A stretch of 64,000 nt of DNA from assembly GCA_965219955.1 (NCBI GenBank), contig OZ244799.1:288001-352000 (forward strand), read 5' to 3'. Of the stretch, positions 1 to 9,048 are shown in pieces. A program made the translations under genes and the position numbers. The number at the start of each line of letters is the position of its first letter. Positions within the stretch are counted from its first letter, which is position 1. This DNA is from a bacterium (GTDB taxonomy: Bacteria > UBA8248). A model generated the notes under the pieces. The model was given only the letters and a program-made list of their open reading frames with translations, did not search any database and was not told the origin of the DNA.

Positions 1-58
1 CGAATCGCAAGGATTCGAACAGTTCACCAATAGCGGGACACCCCGAAGGAGAATCACC

Positions 59-772
59 ATGGCGTACAAGAATCACGAAATCATCGATCTCTCACAAGAC
101 ATCTACCAGGGCCAGCCCGTGTTCGTGGGACACCCCGAGACCTGGCGCTGGACGAACATGACGCACGAGGAAAGCGCCGCCAGCGGGCGCTTCCAGAGCG
201 AGATGAGCTACTATTCGGGCATCATCCAGTTCTGCGAGCACGGCCCCACGCACGTGGATTCCATCAGCCATCTCGACCCCTCGCCCGACGCGCCCCACAT
301 CGACGAGATGAACTTCGATTCCTTCTACAGCCGGGGCATCGCGATCGACTTCGAGAACGTGGAGGACAACAGCTACATCGACGCGGACGACGTGAAGCGC
401 AGGCTCGACCACTACAATTACGAGATCAAGCCGGGCGATACGCTCCTCTACACCTACGGGCACTTCAAGCGCCACCACCCGACGCCGCTCTACACGACGG
501 CCTACGCGGGCTGGACGCGCGAGGCGGCCGAGTACGTCTACGGCGAGTGCGGGGCCATCAACGTGGGCACCGACGCCCCGAGCATGGACATGGCGACCAG
601 CCCCGGATACCCCTGCCACCTCGTTTGCCGCGAGCTTGGCCGCACCAACACGGAAAACCTGTGCAACATCGAGCTGGTGGTGGGCAAGGAGTTCCTCTAC
701 ATCGGGCTCCCGCTCAAGATTCGGGGCGGGTCGGGCTCGCCGATCCGGGCGATCGCCGTTCTGAACGCCTGA
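59..772 (+). CDS. Cyclase family metal-dependent hydrolase (kynurenine formamidase/isatin hydrolase-like)
   Basis: HGPTHVDSISH (HxxTHxDxxxH) motif, VGTDAPS, ENL and LPLKIRGGSGSPIRAIA C-terminus; GGAG RBS upstream. Confidence 0.9.
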   Translation: MAYKNHEIIDLSQDIYQGQPVFVGHPETWRWTNMTHEESAASGRFQSEMSYYSGIIQFCEHGPTHVDSISHLDPSPDAPHIDEMNFDSFYSRGIAIDFENVEDNSYIDADDVKRRLDHYNYEIKPGDTLLYTYGHFKRHHPTPLYTTAYAGWTREAAEYVYGECGAINVGTDAPSMDMATSPGYPCHLVCRELGRTNTENLCNIELVVGKEFLYIGLPLKIRGGSGSPIRAIAVLNA

Positions 773-794
773 TGTCCCCTCGCGCGAGGCGAAC

Positions 795-1829
795 ATGAAA
801 GCCCTGGTGAAACGGGCGCGCGGGCCCGGAAACATGGCGCTCCTGGACGTTGCGGAGCCTCGCGTGGGACCCGGGCAGGTGAAGGTGAAAATCGCCCACG
901 CCGGCATCTGCGGCACGGACGTGCACATCGCCTCGGGCGAGTTCTTTCACTATTTCCCGCCCCTGGTGCTGGGGCACGAGTTCTCGGGCGAAGTGGTGGA
1001 AACGGGCGCAGGCGTCGAGGGAGTTCCGCTCGGCGCGCGGGTGACGGCCGAACCGACGAAGTCCACGTGCCGCGTCTGCCCGCACTGCATCTCGGGCCGC
1101 TACAACCGGTGCGAGGAGCGCGACATCGCCGGCGTGGTGAGCAACGGCGCCTTCACAGACTACGTGGTCACCCGGGCGGAGTCGATTCACCGCCTGCCCT
1201 ATAGCGTGAGTCTCAAGGCCGCCGCACTCTCGGAACCCCTCGCGGTATGCGTCCACGGGGTGTGCGAGCAGTGCAGCGTGCGCGAGGGCGACATCGCATT
1301 GATCATGGGGCCGGGCGCCATCGGCCTGGGGTGCGCCCAGGTGGCAATCGCCCACGGCGCTCGGGTGATGGTGGCGGGCGCCGGGAAGGACGCGCACAGG
1401 CTGGCGCTCGCCCGCGCGCTGGGTGCTGAGTGGACGGTGAACGCCGAGAAAGAAAACGTCCTCGATCAGGCCTTGAAGGTAACGAAAGGCTGGGGCGTGG
1501 ACTTGGCCGTCGAGGCGGCGGGCGCTGCCGCCGCGATGGAGGTATGCGTCGAGGCGGTGCGGAAGGGCGGGGAAATCCTCCAGGTGGGCCTGCCCGGCGC
1601 GCCCGTTCCCGTCGACATGGACAGGCTGGCGTTCAAGGAGATCCGCCTTGTCGGCACGTTCGGGCAGAAGCGCTCCGCCTGGCTCCTGGCGCTCGACCTG
1701 CTGGAGGCGGGCAGGGTCGATGCCGAGGCGATGGTGTCCGACATGCTCCCGCTCGATGCGTGGGAGAGAGGCTTCGACATCATGGCGCGCGGAGCGGGGC
1801 TGAAGGTGCTGCTTGCGCCGGAAGGTTAG
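795..1829 (+). CDS. Zinc-binding MDR dehydrogenase (sorbitol/threonine dehydrogenase-like)
   Basis: GICGTDVH, GHEFSG, structural Zn CxxCxxC...C (CRVCPHC...RC), GPGAIG nucleotide-binding motif. Confidence 0.92.
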   Translation: MKALVKRARGPGNMALLDVAEPRVGPGQVKVKIAHAGICGTDVHIASGEFFHYFPPLVLGHEFSGEVVETGAGVEGVPLGARVTAEPTKSTCRVCPHCISGRYNRCEERDIAGVVSNGAFTDYVVTRAESIHRLPYSVSLKAAALSEPLAVCVHGVCEQCSVREGDIALIMGPGAIGLGCAQVAIAHGARVMVAGAGKDAHRLALARALGAEWTVNAEKENVLDQALKVTKGWGVDLAVEAAGAAAAMEVCVEAVRKGGEILQVGLPGAPVPVDMDRLAFKEIRLVGTFGQKRSAWLLALDLLEAGRVDAEAMVSDMLPLDAWERGFDIMARGAGLKVLLAPEG

Positions 1830-2109
1830 GGGGTTGTTGAGAAAGTCTTGATAAATGAGAGTTTAACGCGACCGACGAGAAGCAAGAGAATCACTCCCCC
1901 CTTGAGGGGGAGTCGAAGAAGCCGAGCCTCCGGCGAAGGCTGATTCGGTGGGGGGTGAATCCAGATTTGTGGCACAATTCGAATTATACCCCCCACCAAC
2001 TCGCTTGCGGGCTACGCCCTTAACTCGTTGACTCCCCCTCAAGGGGGGAGTGAACTTCAAAAGCGTGCGCTCAACCAAAATCGCTTTACAGGGCTTTTTC
2101 AACAGCCCC
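1830..2109. mobile_element. MITE-like element copy A (IS1182-type ends, REP doublet inside)
   Basis: Terminal inverted repeats GGGGTTGTTGAGAAAG / CTTTTTCAACAGCCCC resemble the IS ends at 10859/12374; flanks GTTAG/GATAG (4/5 match, possible 5-bp duplication); perfect 24-bp inverted repeat TCACTCCCCCCTTGAGGGGGAGTC at 1891-1914 and 2030-2053. Confidence 0.8.
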
Positions 2110-2220
2110 GATAGGCGAGGAACGGATAACGACGGCGCTTTACACCGGAAAAGGCGAACGCAAGGAAAGATGAGATATATTCGGACGAATCCAGGGTTTT
2201 CAATATAGAGGATGGCACAC

Positions 2221-2724
2221 ATGAGCATCGACGGAAAAGAATTCAGAACCGCCCTCGGCAGGTTCGCCACGGGCGTCACGGTCGTCACCGCGAAAACGCC
2301 GACCGAAGCGCGCGGCATGACGGCGAACGCGTTCTCCTCCCTCTCGCTCGACCCGCCGCTCGTCCTGGTGTGTTACGACAACAAGGCGTCGAGCCTGAAG
2401 ATGGTGCAGGAAGCGAAGAAGTTCGCCATCAATTTCCTCTCGGAAGAGCAGAAGAGCACCTCCGACTGGTTCGCAGGCAAGGGGAGGGACGCGGAGGATC
2501 AGTTCGCCGACATCCCGCATGAGATCGGAGAGAACGGCTCGCCCGTGCTCACGGGGAACGTGGGCGTTCTGGAGTGCGACCTGCACGAGGAGCTTCCGGG
2601 TGGAGACCACACCATCGTCGTGGGTCGCGTGACCCGCGTCGTTCTCGAGGAAGAGGTGCGCGCGCCGCTTCTTTTCTACGGAAGCGCCTACCGGAAGATG
2701 GACATGGACGGCTCCTACGACTGA
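2221..2724 (+). CDS. Flavin reductase family protein (HpaC/RutF-like)
   Basis: FRTALGRFATGVTVVT, SLSLDPPLV, GGDHTIVVG, PLLFY motifs; start 2221 chosen for RBS spacing (alternative 2212). Confidence 0.92.
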   Translation: MSIDGKEFRTALGRFATGVTVVTAKTPTEARGMTANAFSSLSLDPPLVLVCYDNKASSLKMVQEAKKFAINFLSEEQKSTSDWFAGKGRDAEDQFADIPHEIGENGSPVLTGNVGVLECDLHEELPGGDHTIVVGRVTRVVLEEEVRAPLLFYGSAYRKMDMDGSYD

Positions 2725-2760
2725 TCCCCGAAACCGGCTCGTATCTCACAAGGAGTTCTC

Positions 2761-3522
2761 TTGGCATCGTATCAAGCGGTTGCGTTCGACCTGTTCGACA
2801 CGCTCGTCGATTTCGACATCACCCTGTTCCCGGTGGTGGAGATAGACGGCAAGGAGGAGAAGACCACCTCGAAAGCGGCCTATGACGCGCTTTATGACGG
2901 CGGCTTCCTCGTGCCGAATTACCAGGCCTTCCACCAGCTCTGGCTGAAGAGTTCGAAAGAGGTGTGGGCCGAGCGCGACAACGACCCCGAGTACAGGGAA
3001 ATCCGCTCCATCGATCGTTTCCGGCGCTTGATGGCGCTTCTGGTGGCGATTCCCGCACAAGACAGGGAACGCGCCGCCAAGACGGCCCTGAACGCCCACA
3101 TGTACGGCATCGAGAACTCCGTGGTGTTCGACCGGGGTCGCCTCGACATGCTGGGGCGGATAAAGGACGCCGGTCTTCCGGTAGCGCTCCTGAGCAATTT
3201 CGACCACGCGCCCACCGCGCGGCGGATCATCGACAAGATGGGCATCACGCCCTATCTCGATTCGGTTCTTATTTCAGAGGATGAGGGTTTCAGGAAACCG
3301 GCGGGGTCGCTCTTTCTCAAGGTGGCCGAAGAGTTGGGCGCGGCGCCTGCGGAAGTGCTCTTCGTGGGCGACACGTTCGATGCCGACGTTACGGGGCCGC
3401 AGAGCGTGGGCATGCCGTGCGCCTGGCTCAACAGAAAAGGAAAACCCGTGCCCGAAGGCGGCGAACCGCCTGATTTCGAGATCCGGGATGTTCAGGACAC
3501 GCTTTCGATACTGGGGCTGTAG
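2761..3522 (+). CDS. HAD-superfamily hydrolase (subfamily IA)
   Basis: FDLFDTL motif I, LLSN, KP motif III, FVGDTFDADV motif IV; TTG start after AAGGAG. Confidence 0.9.
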   Translation: MASYQAVAFDLFDTLVDFDITLFPVVEIDGKEEKTTSKAAYDALYDGGFLVPNYQAFHQLWLKSSKEVWAERDNDPEYREIRSIDRFRRLMALLVAIPAQDRERAAKTALNAHMYGIENSVVFDRGRLDMLGRIKDAGLPVALLSNFDHAPTARRIIDKMGITPYLDSVLISEDEGFRKPAGSLFLKVAEELGAAPAEVLFVGDTFDADVTGPQSVGMPCAWLNRKGKPVPEGGEPPDFEIRDVQDTLSILGL

Positions 3523-3834
3523 GGGGTGTTGAAAGAGCCTTGATGAATGAGGGTTTGTCGCGACCAATGAAAGAGCAAGATTCACTCCCCCCTTGAGGGG
3601 GAGTCGAAGAGCTAAGGGCGTAAGCCCGCAAGCGATTCGGTGGGGGGTATAATTCGGAATGGCGATAAAACGCGATTCACCCCCCACCGATTCAGCCTTC
3701 GCACAATCCGCTCGGCTTCATCGTCTGGCTTTCCCCTCGGGAAGCCAGACCCTCAAGGGGGGAGTTGATTTGAAATTCTCCTCGGTGGAGAGCGATCTTC
3801 GTAGGGATCGTATAGCGGCTTTTTCAATAACCCC
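3522..3834. mobile_element. MITE-like element copy B
   Basis: Ends GGGGGTGTTGAAAGAG / CTTTTTCAATAACCCC; left REP at 3582-3605; right REP arm interrupted by a small hairpin at 3723-3750; no target duplication seen. Confidence 0.75.
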
Positions 3835-3864
3835 ACCAAGCCTGGTTTATAAGAGGATACTCGC

Positions 3865-4596
3865 TTGTCGGTTCTGGCGCTTCAGCATGTGGACGTGGAA
3901 AGGCTCTCGCTGCTCGAAGAGGTGCTCGCGCAGAAGGGGGTTCCCGCGCGCTACCTGGCCCTGCACAAGGGGGAGCGTCTCCCCCGCTCTTTGGGTGAGT
4001 TGAAGGACACCCAGGCCATCGTCGTCCTGGGCGGGCCGATGGGCGTTTACGAGGCGGAGAAATACCCCTGGCTGGCCGATGAACTCCGCTTTCTCCGTGA
4101 GGCGCTTCATGCGGGATTCCCCGTCTACGGCCTTTGCCTGGGCGCGCAGTTGATGGCGGCGGCGCTCGGGGCCCGCGTGTATCCCGGAGAAGCGAAAAAG
4201 GAGATCGGCTGGTTCCCGGTGGATCTGACGCCCGAGGCGAAAGAAGACCCGCTGCTCGGCGATGAGGCGGCGAGCTTCCCCGTATTCCAGTGGCACGGCG
4301 ATACGTTCGATATTCCTGAGAGCGCGGTGCATCTCGCGTCTTCCGCGCGGTACCCGAACCAGGCGTTCCGGTGGGGCGCGCGCGCCTACGCCTTCCAGTT
4401 TCACCTGGAAATCTCGATGGAGGACATATCCACCTGGCTGGACGCGTTTGCGGGCGACATGAAATCCGCGCGCTCGGACGCGGACCCCGAGGCGATATTG
4501 GGCGAAGCGCCGTTGCACATGGAGGCGTTGAACAGGCGCGCCGCGCGCTGGTTCGAGCGCTGGCTCGCTCTCTCGGGGCTGATAGCGTCGCCTTGA
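3865..4596 (+). CDS. Type 1 glutamine amidotransferase-like protein
   Basis: VLGGPMGVY, GLCLGAQL (catalytic Cys), WHGD, FQFHLE (His-Glu). Confidence 0.9.
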   Translation: MSVLALQHVDVERLSLLEEVLAQKGVPARYLALHKGERLPRSLGELKDTQAIVVLGGPMGVYEAEKYPWLADELRFLREALHAGFPVYGLCLGAQLMAAALGARVYPGEAKKEIGWFPVDLTPEAKEDPLLGDEAASFPVFQWHGDTFDIPESAVHLASSARYPNQAFRWGARAYAFQFHLEISMEDISTWLDAFAGDMKSARSDADPEAILGEAPLHMEALNRRAARWFERWLALSGLIASP

Positions 4597-4652
4597 GGGT
4601 TCCTCCTTGGGGGTTGTTGAAAAAACCCTCCTCGATCGGAATTAACCACCGT

Positions 4653-4794
4653 CGTCATTCCGGCGAAAGCCGGAATCCATTTTCAAGCAGAATGACAATA
4701 CGCCGGCTTTTCATTTCCTGACCATTCGTGGGAAGCAATCAGAAAATAAAAACAAAGGCAAAACAAATGGATTCCGGCTTTTGCCGGAATGACG
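4653..4794. repeat. REP-like inverted doublet, GTCATTCC...GGAATCCA type
   Basis: CGTCATTCCGGCGAAAGCCGGAATCCAT (4653-4680) and a near-perfect inverse ATGGATTCCGGCTTTTGCCGGAATGACG (4767-4794). Confidence 0.85.
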
Positions 4795-4813
4795 AACAAA
4801 GCCACATCGCTTC

Positions 4814-4894
4814 TTGTAGGGACAGGCCTCCGTGCCTGTCCTAACGAAGGACAACCACGGAGGGCAGGACAGGCACGGAGGCCTGTCCCTACAA
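4814..4894. repeat. GTAG-type REP inverted doublet (REPIN-like)
   Basis: Perfect 29-bp inverted repeat TTGTAGGGACAGGCCTCCGTGCCTGTCCT at 4814-4842 and 4866-4894. Confidence 0.85.
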
Positions 4895-5040
4895 AACCAT
4901 CGTGCCTGCGCCGCGTGAACCTCCATGCCGCTGACCCCGAAACAGGGTTTTCCAACAGCCCCCTCAAGGAGGGGGTGTGATTTATTTCCTTTCGGACTTT
5001 TTCAACACCCGCCCTTGTCGGCGGGGGAGCGCTCCCCTAA

Positions 5041-6775
5041 CCCGGATATTTCACCGAGGCTTTGGAACGGCCTGATTTGAAGTCGTGGACGGCTTGATTC
5101 GGGAGGCGGCCTTCTTCGTCGGCGCGATACGATGACGCACGGCGCCCGAGCGGCGCTTTTTCGTCGATTTCGAAGGCTTTCGGGGAGTGCCGGCCGACGC
5201 GCAGGCGCAGGTTTCCCGCTGCGGCAACCTATGTCGCTCCGATTCTACGCTCAGTCACTCTCCCCCGCCGTCGGCCAGGGCGGGTGCGTACGCAGGTTGT
5301 TCACTACCTTTTCGAAGAGCGCCGCATGGGGCCAGGCCTCGGAGATAGACAGCCGGACCTTGCGCACGCTGACCCTCACGCGGGCGCCGATCTTGAGCAG
5401 TTTCAGCCGGATCGTTGCGCACTGGGCCCTGGCGCATGTCGTGCCCGCCAGCCCCAGGCGCCGGAGTCCGTGCATCAGGACGTAGGCGAAGGAGGCGAAG
5501 TAGAGCCGCAACTGATTGGCCCTCATGGTGGCGCTGCTGGTGCGGTCGGCGAACAGGCCGAGTTGCTGTTCCTTGATGCGGTTCTCCATCTCTCCCCGGG
5601 CGCAGTAGAGTTCTTCGTAGAGGCGTCTGGCGCCGGCCCGCCGGGGGCGGAGATTGGTGACCACGAACCGCGGGTTCGCCCCCCTGGGCAGGTATTGCGC
5701 CTTGCCCACCACCCGGCGGGTTCTGGACCAGCTCTTGCGCGTTCGATAGCGGAAGTCGCGATACCGGCGCGCCGGCTCACCCGTGCGGCGACAGACGACC
5801 TCGGCCCGGTAGAGGTCCCGGCCAATCGCCCGCACCAGCCGCGCGTTGCGCGCCATGCCGAACACGTAGCCGACGCCGTTCTCCTCGCACCAGCGCATCA
5901 ACGGCTCGCGGCAAAAACCCGAGTCGCCGCGAACCACGACCCGCGTACGCGGCCAGCGCCTGCGGACCTGCGCCACGATCCGCGCCAACTCCTCCTCGCT
6001 GCCGGCCGAGGCGTCGACGTTCGAGCGGCGCAGCCGCGCGCACAGCAGATGCGCGCCGCAGAAGACGTAGAGCGGCAGATAACAGTAGCGGCCGTAATAG
6101 CCGTGGAAGAAGCGCCCCTCCTGGCGACCGTGCAGGGGGTCGTCCGTGGCGTCGAGGTCCAGCCATATCTCTTCGGGCGGTTCGGCGTAAGACTCCATGA
6201 ACACGTCCACCAGCAGGCGGTCCATCGCCTCGAAGTCCGCAGCGATGCGCTTGTAGCGATCCGTCGCCGCCTCGGCGCCGCCCAACTCCAGGCGGTTCAG
6301 CGTACTCGATGCGGCCAGCGGAGAGCCGCGGTCCCGAAGGCGAACCCGCCCGGCTCCCGTCAGGTCCCGCTTGCCCACCAGCAGCGCCAGCAACCTGTCG
6401 CGGCGCAAATCCTCGTGGTCGTTCAGGTCCTCGTAGCCCAGCGCCAGCGCGTACACCCGCTGCGCCGCCAGCGAGCGCACCGGGTGCTCCACGCTGCCGG
6501 GCTTGCGGCAATCACGAAAACACCGCGCCAGACGAGCCATCAGACCCAGGCGGAGATCCGTCTCGCGAAGCAGCACCCCGCCGGCGTCCGACGTGATCCG
6601 TCCGCCGTCGAATCGGGCGATGACCTCGCGTCTTCCGTGGGGGTGAAAGTGAAGTTGTTCCGGTGTACAATGCGTATCCATGGGGCCTCTCTGTCGGACG
6701 GGTGTAAGTTATTGAGACAACTCACATTATCCGACATTCAGAGGCCCCATGCCATTTGTCGGTGAAATATCCGGG
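5041..6775 (-). mobile_element. IS1380-family insertion sequence (1735 bp)
   Basis: Perfect 17-bp TIRs CCCGGATATTTCACCGA (5041-5057) / TCGGTGAAATATCCGGG (6759-6775); 4-bp direct repeat CTAA at 5037-5040 and 6776-6779. Confidence 0.93.
5251..6681 (-). CDS. IS1380-family DDE transposase
   Basis: FDGGRITSDAG, GYEDLNDH, LDLDATDDPLHGRQEG, RGDSGF, RGEMENRIKE motifs; intact 476 aa. Confidence 0.93.
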   Translation of the reverse strand: MDTHCTPEQLHFHPHGRREVIARFDGGRITSDAGGVLLRETDLRLGLMARLARCFRDCRKPGSVEHPVRSLAAQRVYALALGYEDLNDHEDLRRDRLLALLVGKRDLTGAGRVRLRDRGSPLAASSTLNRLELGGAEAATDRYKRIAADFEAMDRLLVDVFMESYAEPPEEIWLDLDATDDPLHGRQEGRFFHGYYGRYCYLPLYVFCGAHLLCARLRRSNVDASAGSEEELARIVAQVRRRWPRTRVVVRGDSGFCREPLMRWCEENGVGYVFGMARNARLVRAIGRDLYRAEVVCRRTGEPARRYRDFRYRTRKSWSRTRRVVGKAQYLPRGANPRFVVTNLRPRRAGARRLYEELYCARGEMENRIKEQQLGLFADRTSSATMRANQLRLYFASFAYVLMHGLRRLGLAGTTCARAQCATIRLKLLKIGARVRVSVRKVRLSISEAWPHAALFEKVVNNLRTHPPWPTAGESD

Positions 6776-6836
6776 CTAATATGCGGCTTCCCTGACGAGC
6801 CATCATTTTCTGGTTTTCGACATAAAGGAACCTTTC

Positions 6837-8099
6837 ATGGCAGAGCCTGTACGCGGCGAAATCGTCGCCATCGGCACCGAGATGCTCCTCGGCGACCTCA
6901 TCGACACCAACAGCGCCTTCATCGCAGACCAGCTCAAGTCGATCGGCGTCAACATGTATTTCAAGACCACCGTCGGCGACAACCTCGACAGGATCGCGGG
7001 CGTCATCAGGCAGGCGCACGAGCGCTCCCAGGTCGTCATCACCACGGGCGGTCTCGGCCCCACCGTGGACGACCTGACGCGGGAGGCCTGCGCCAAGGTG
7101 ATGGGCGTCGAGCTCGAGTTCCGCCAGGACCTGTACGACTACATCAGCGCCTATTTCAGCCGCCGCGGTTTCCACATGAGCGACAACAACAAAAAGCAGG
7201 CCTACATCCCCGCCGGGGCCACGCCCATCGAGAACCCGCGCGGCACGGCGCCTTGTTTCATGTGCGAGGACGAGCGGGGGGTCATCATCGTGAGCCCGGG
7301 CGTGCCGCACGAGATGCGCTACATCATCACCCAGTGCGCGGTGCCCATCCTGCAGGAGAAATTTGATTTGGGAGAGGTTATCCGAACAAAAGTTCTCAAA
7401 ACCTGCGGCCTCGGCGAATCGCGTGTGGACGAGATGATATCGGAGTTGTTTCGCGAATCCGTCAACCCGAGCATTGGCGTGCTCGCCCATCCCGGCCAGG
7501 TGGACGTGCGCATCACCGCGCGCGCAAAGGACATCGAAGAGGCGAACAACATGATCGCGGGCCTGGAGGTCAAGGTGCGCGAGATTCTCGGTTCCGCCGT
7601 CTACGCCACCGGGAACGCGACGCTGGAAGAAACGCTGGCGCGCGTTCTGGCCCAGAGCGGCAAGACCATCGCCATCGTCGAGTCGAACACCGGCGGAGCC
7701 TTGATCCAGCGGCTGAACGCCTGGCCCGAGCGCGTGCAGTTCCTGAAACGCGGCGTCGTCGGACTGCACGCGGAAGAGCTGGCGCGCATGTTCGGCGTGG
7801 ATGAGGGAGAAGGCCCGGAGGGTTTCGCAAAGGCGCTCGCGAGGCGAATCCGCGAAGAGTCGGGCGCAGACTTAGGCCTCGCCGTATTCGGTCCCAATCC
7901 GCCCGAGAACATCGAGCCCGAAAACTCCCGCCGCGCGCCCGCGCTGGGCGACACGCACATGGCGCTCGACACTGGAGGCGACGCCTTCACCTTCACGGCG
8001 AGCTTCGGCGGCAACGAGCAGTTCGTGCAGTCGCGCGCGCCCATCTACGCGATGGAGCTCGTGCGCCGCGCCGTGCTGGGTCTCGACCCGCTTGCGTGA
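6837..8099 (+). CDS. cinA: CinA-family protein (MoCo-binding-like pyrophosphatase domain plus degenerate PncC-like domain)
   Basis: AIGTEMLLGDLIDTN, VGDN, TTGGLGPTVDDLT, PGVPHEM, GLGES; C-terminal VESNTGG. Confidence 0.9.
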   Translation: MAEPVRGEIVAIGTEMLLGDLIDTNSAFIADQLKSIGVNMYFKTTVGDNLDRIAGVIRQAHERSQVVITTGGLGPTVDDLTREACAKVMGVELEFRQDLYDYISAYFSRRGFHMSDNNKKQAYIPAGATPIENPRGTAPCFMCEDERGVIIVSPGVPHEMRYIITQCAVPILQEKFDLGEVIRTKVLKTCGLGESRVDEMISELFRESVNPSIGVLAHPGQVDVRITARAKDIEEANNMIAGLEVKVREILGSAVYATGNATLEETLARVLAQSGKTIAIVESNTGGALIQRLNAWPERVQFLKRGVVGLHAEELARMFGVDEGEGPEGFAKALARRIREESGADLGLAVFGPNPPENIEPENSRRAPALGDTHMALDTGGDAFTFTASFGGNEQFVQSRAPIYAMELVRRAVLGLDPLA

Positions 8100-8161
8100 G
8101 GCTGAAAGCCGGAATTACATTCGGAACCATTCGATAGAACCAAAGAAATTCACGGGGTTTT
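7800..8161 (+). repeat. Direct repeat copy 1 (cinA 3' end plus about 60 bp downstream)
   Basis: Aligns without indels in the coding part to 14091-14390; similarity continues to AAATTCACGGGGTTTT. Confidence 0.9.
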
Positions 8162-8405
8162 CGCCCGCTTAGAAGCGTCAGGCGAATTCCATCGCCTGAG
8201 AAATCCGCATATCTTTTTGATATTATTGGGAATAATTCCTTATCCCTATTCTCGTTCAGAAACCACTTCTTCAATAGGTCATCGAATCGGAAGCGGGGAA
8301 ATTACAACTCCTGCACACCCTGGAACGTCTGTGCGGAGAGTGCTTAGACAAAGGCAGTGAATCTATTCCTGGTTTCACCATTGATTTTTCGATCAAGAGC
8401 AGACA

Positions 8406-8439
8406 TATTGTTATTGTTTATTGTTAAACAAGGACAATA
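8406..8439 (+). promoter_or_regulatory. Putative AbiEi autoregulatory operator
   Basis: Three TATTGTT copies followed by AAACAAGGACAATA, forming an imperfect inverted repeat immediately before the abiEi start; AbiEi proteins are known to repress their own promoter via inverted repeats. Confidence 0.4.
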
Positions 8440-8442
8440 CTG

Positions 8443-9048
8443 ATGGAATCCAAGCTGAACGCACAACCTGAGGAAATCTTCCGCGAGCACGGCGGCCAGC
8501 TTCGAATGAGCGAGGCTCTCGCTTCCGGGCTCACGCGCTACACCCTGTATGCGCTCAGAGACAAGGGCGTCATCGAGCAAATCACCAGGGGGATTTACCG
8601 GCTACGGGAACTTCCCCCGCTCGCCAACCCGGATCTGGTGACGGTGAGCCTCCGCTTTCCGAAAGCCGTCGTTTGCCTCGTCTCGGCACTTGCCTGGCAC
8701 GGCATCACGACCCGGATACCACGTGAAGTTTCCGTGGCGGTGCCTAAAGACTCGCGGGCGCCTGCACTCGAATATCCTCCCATCAAAGTACACAAATTCT
8801 CCCATGAAGCATACGGACCCGGCATCGAAGAACACCTGCTCGATGGAGCGCCGGTCAAAATATACAACCCTGCAAAAACCCTGGCCGACTGTTTCAAGTT
8901 CCGAAACAAGATCGGAATGGACGTGGTCCTTGAGGCGCTGAAACTTCAACAGGCACGAAACGGGCTCAACCTCGGCGAACTACTCGAATACGCCAGAATT
9001 TGCCGGGTCGAAAATGTGATGCGGCCCTATCTCGAGGCGCTCCTGTGA
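8443..9048 (+). CDS. Type IV toxin-antitoxin AbiEi-family antitoxin / transcriptional regulator
   Basis: N-terminal wHTH (GVIEQITRGIYRL), VCLVSALAWHGITT, KTLADCFKFRNKIGMDV, ARICRVENVMRPYLE. Confidence 0.88.
   Translation: MESKLNAQPEEIFREHGGQLRMSEALASGLTRYTLYALRDKGVIEQITRGIYRLRELPPLANPDLVTVSLRFPKAVVCLVSALAWHGITTRIPREVSVAVPKDSRAPALEYPPIKVHKFSHEAYGPGIEEHLLDGAPVKIYNPAKTLADCFKFRNKIGMDVVLEALKLQQARNGLNLGELLEYARICRVENVMRPYLEALL

Larger units (their letters stand above)
4610..4962. mobile_element. MITE-like element copy D with different REP cargo
   Basis: Ends GGGGTTGTTGAAAAAAC / GTTTTCCAACAGCCCC; sits between the arms CCTCCTTG (4602-4609) and CAAGGAGG (4965-4972); an additional unpaired right-end-like TTTTTCAACACCC ends at 5010. 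Confidence 0.7.

Noticed and set aside
1863-4980. Small ORFs within the MITEs (e.g. 1863-2318, 3659-4003, 4683-4967, 4789-4980)
   Set aside because: Translations of palindromic repeats whose frames are not conserved between copies
1830-5010. Repeats considered as a CRISPR array
   Set aside because: They are inverted pairs without regular repeat-spacer periodicity, and no cas genes are present
5284-6765. 493-aa plus-strand ORF (and the 488-aa minus ORF at 10855-12321)
   Set aside because: Antisense shadows of GC-rich transposase genes with no recognisable motifs
7993-8440. AT-rich stretch and 93-aa minus ORF after cinA
   Set aside because: Overlaps the cinA end and has no recognisable family; probably decayed island sequence
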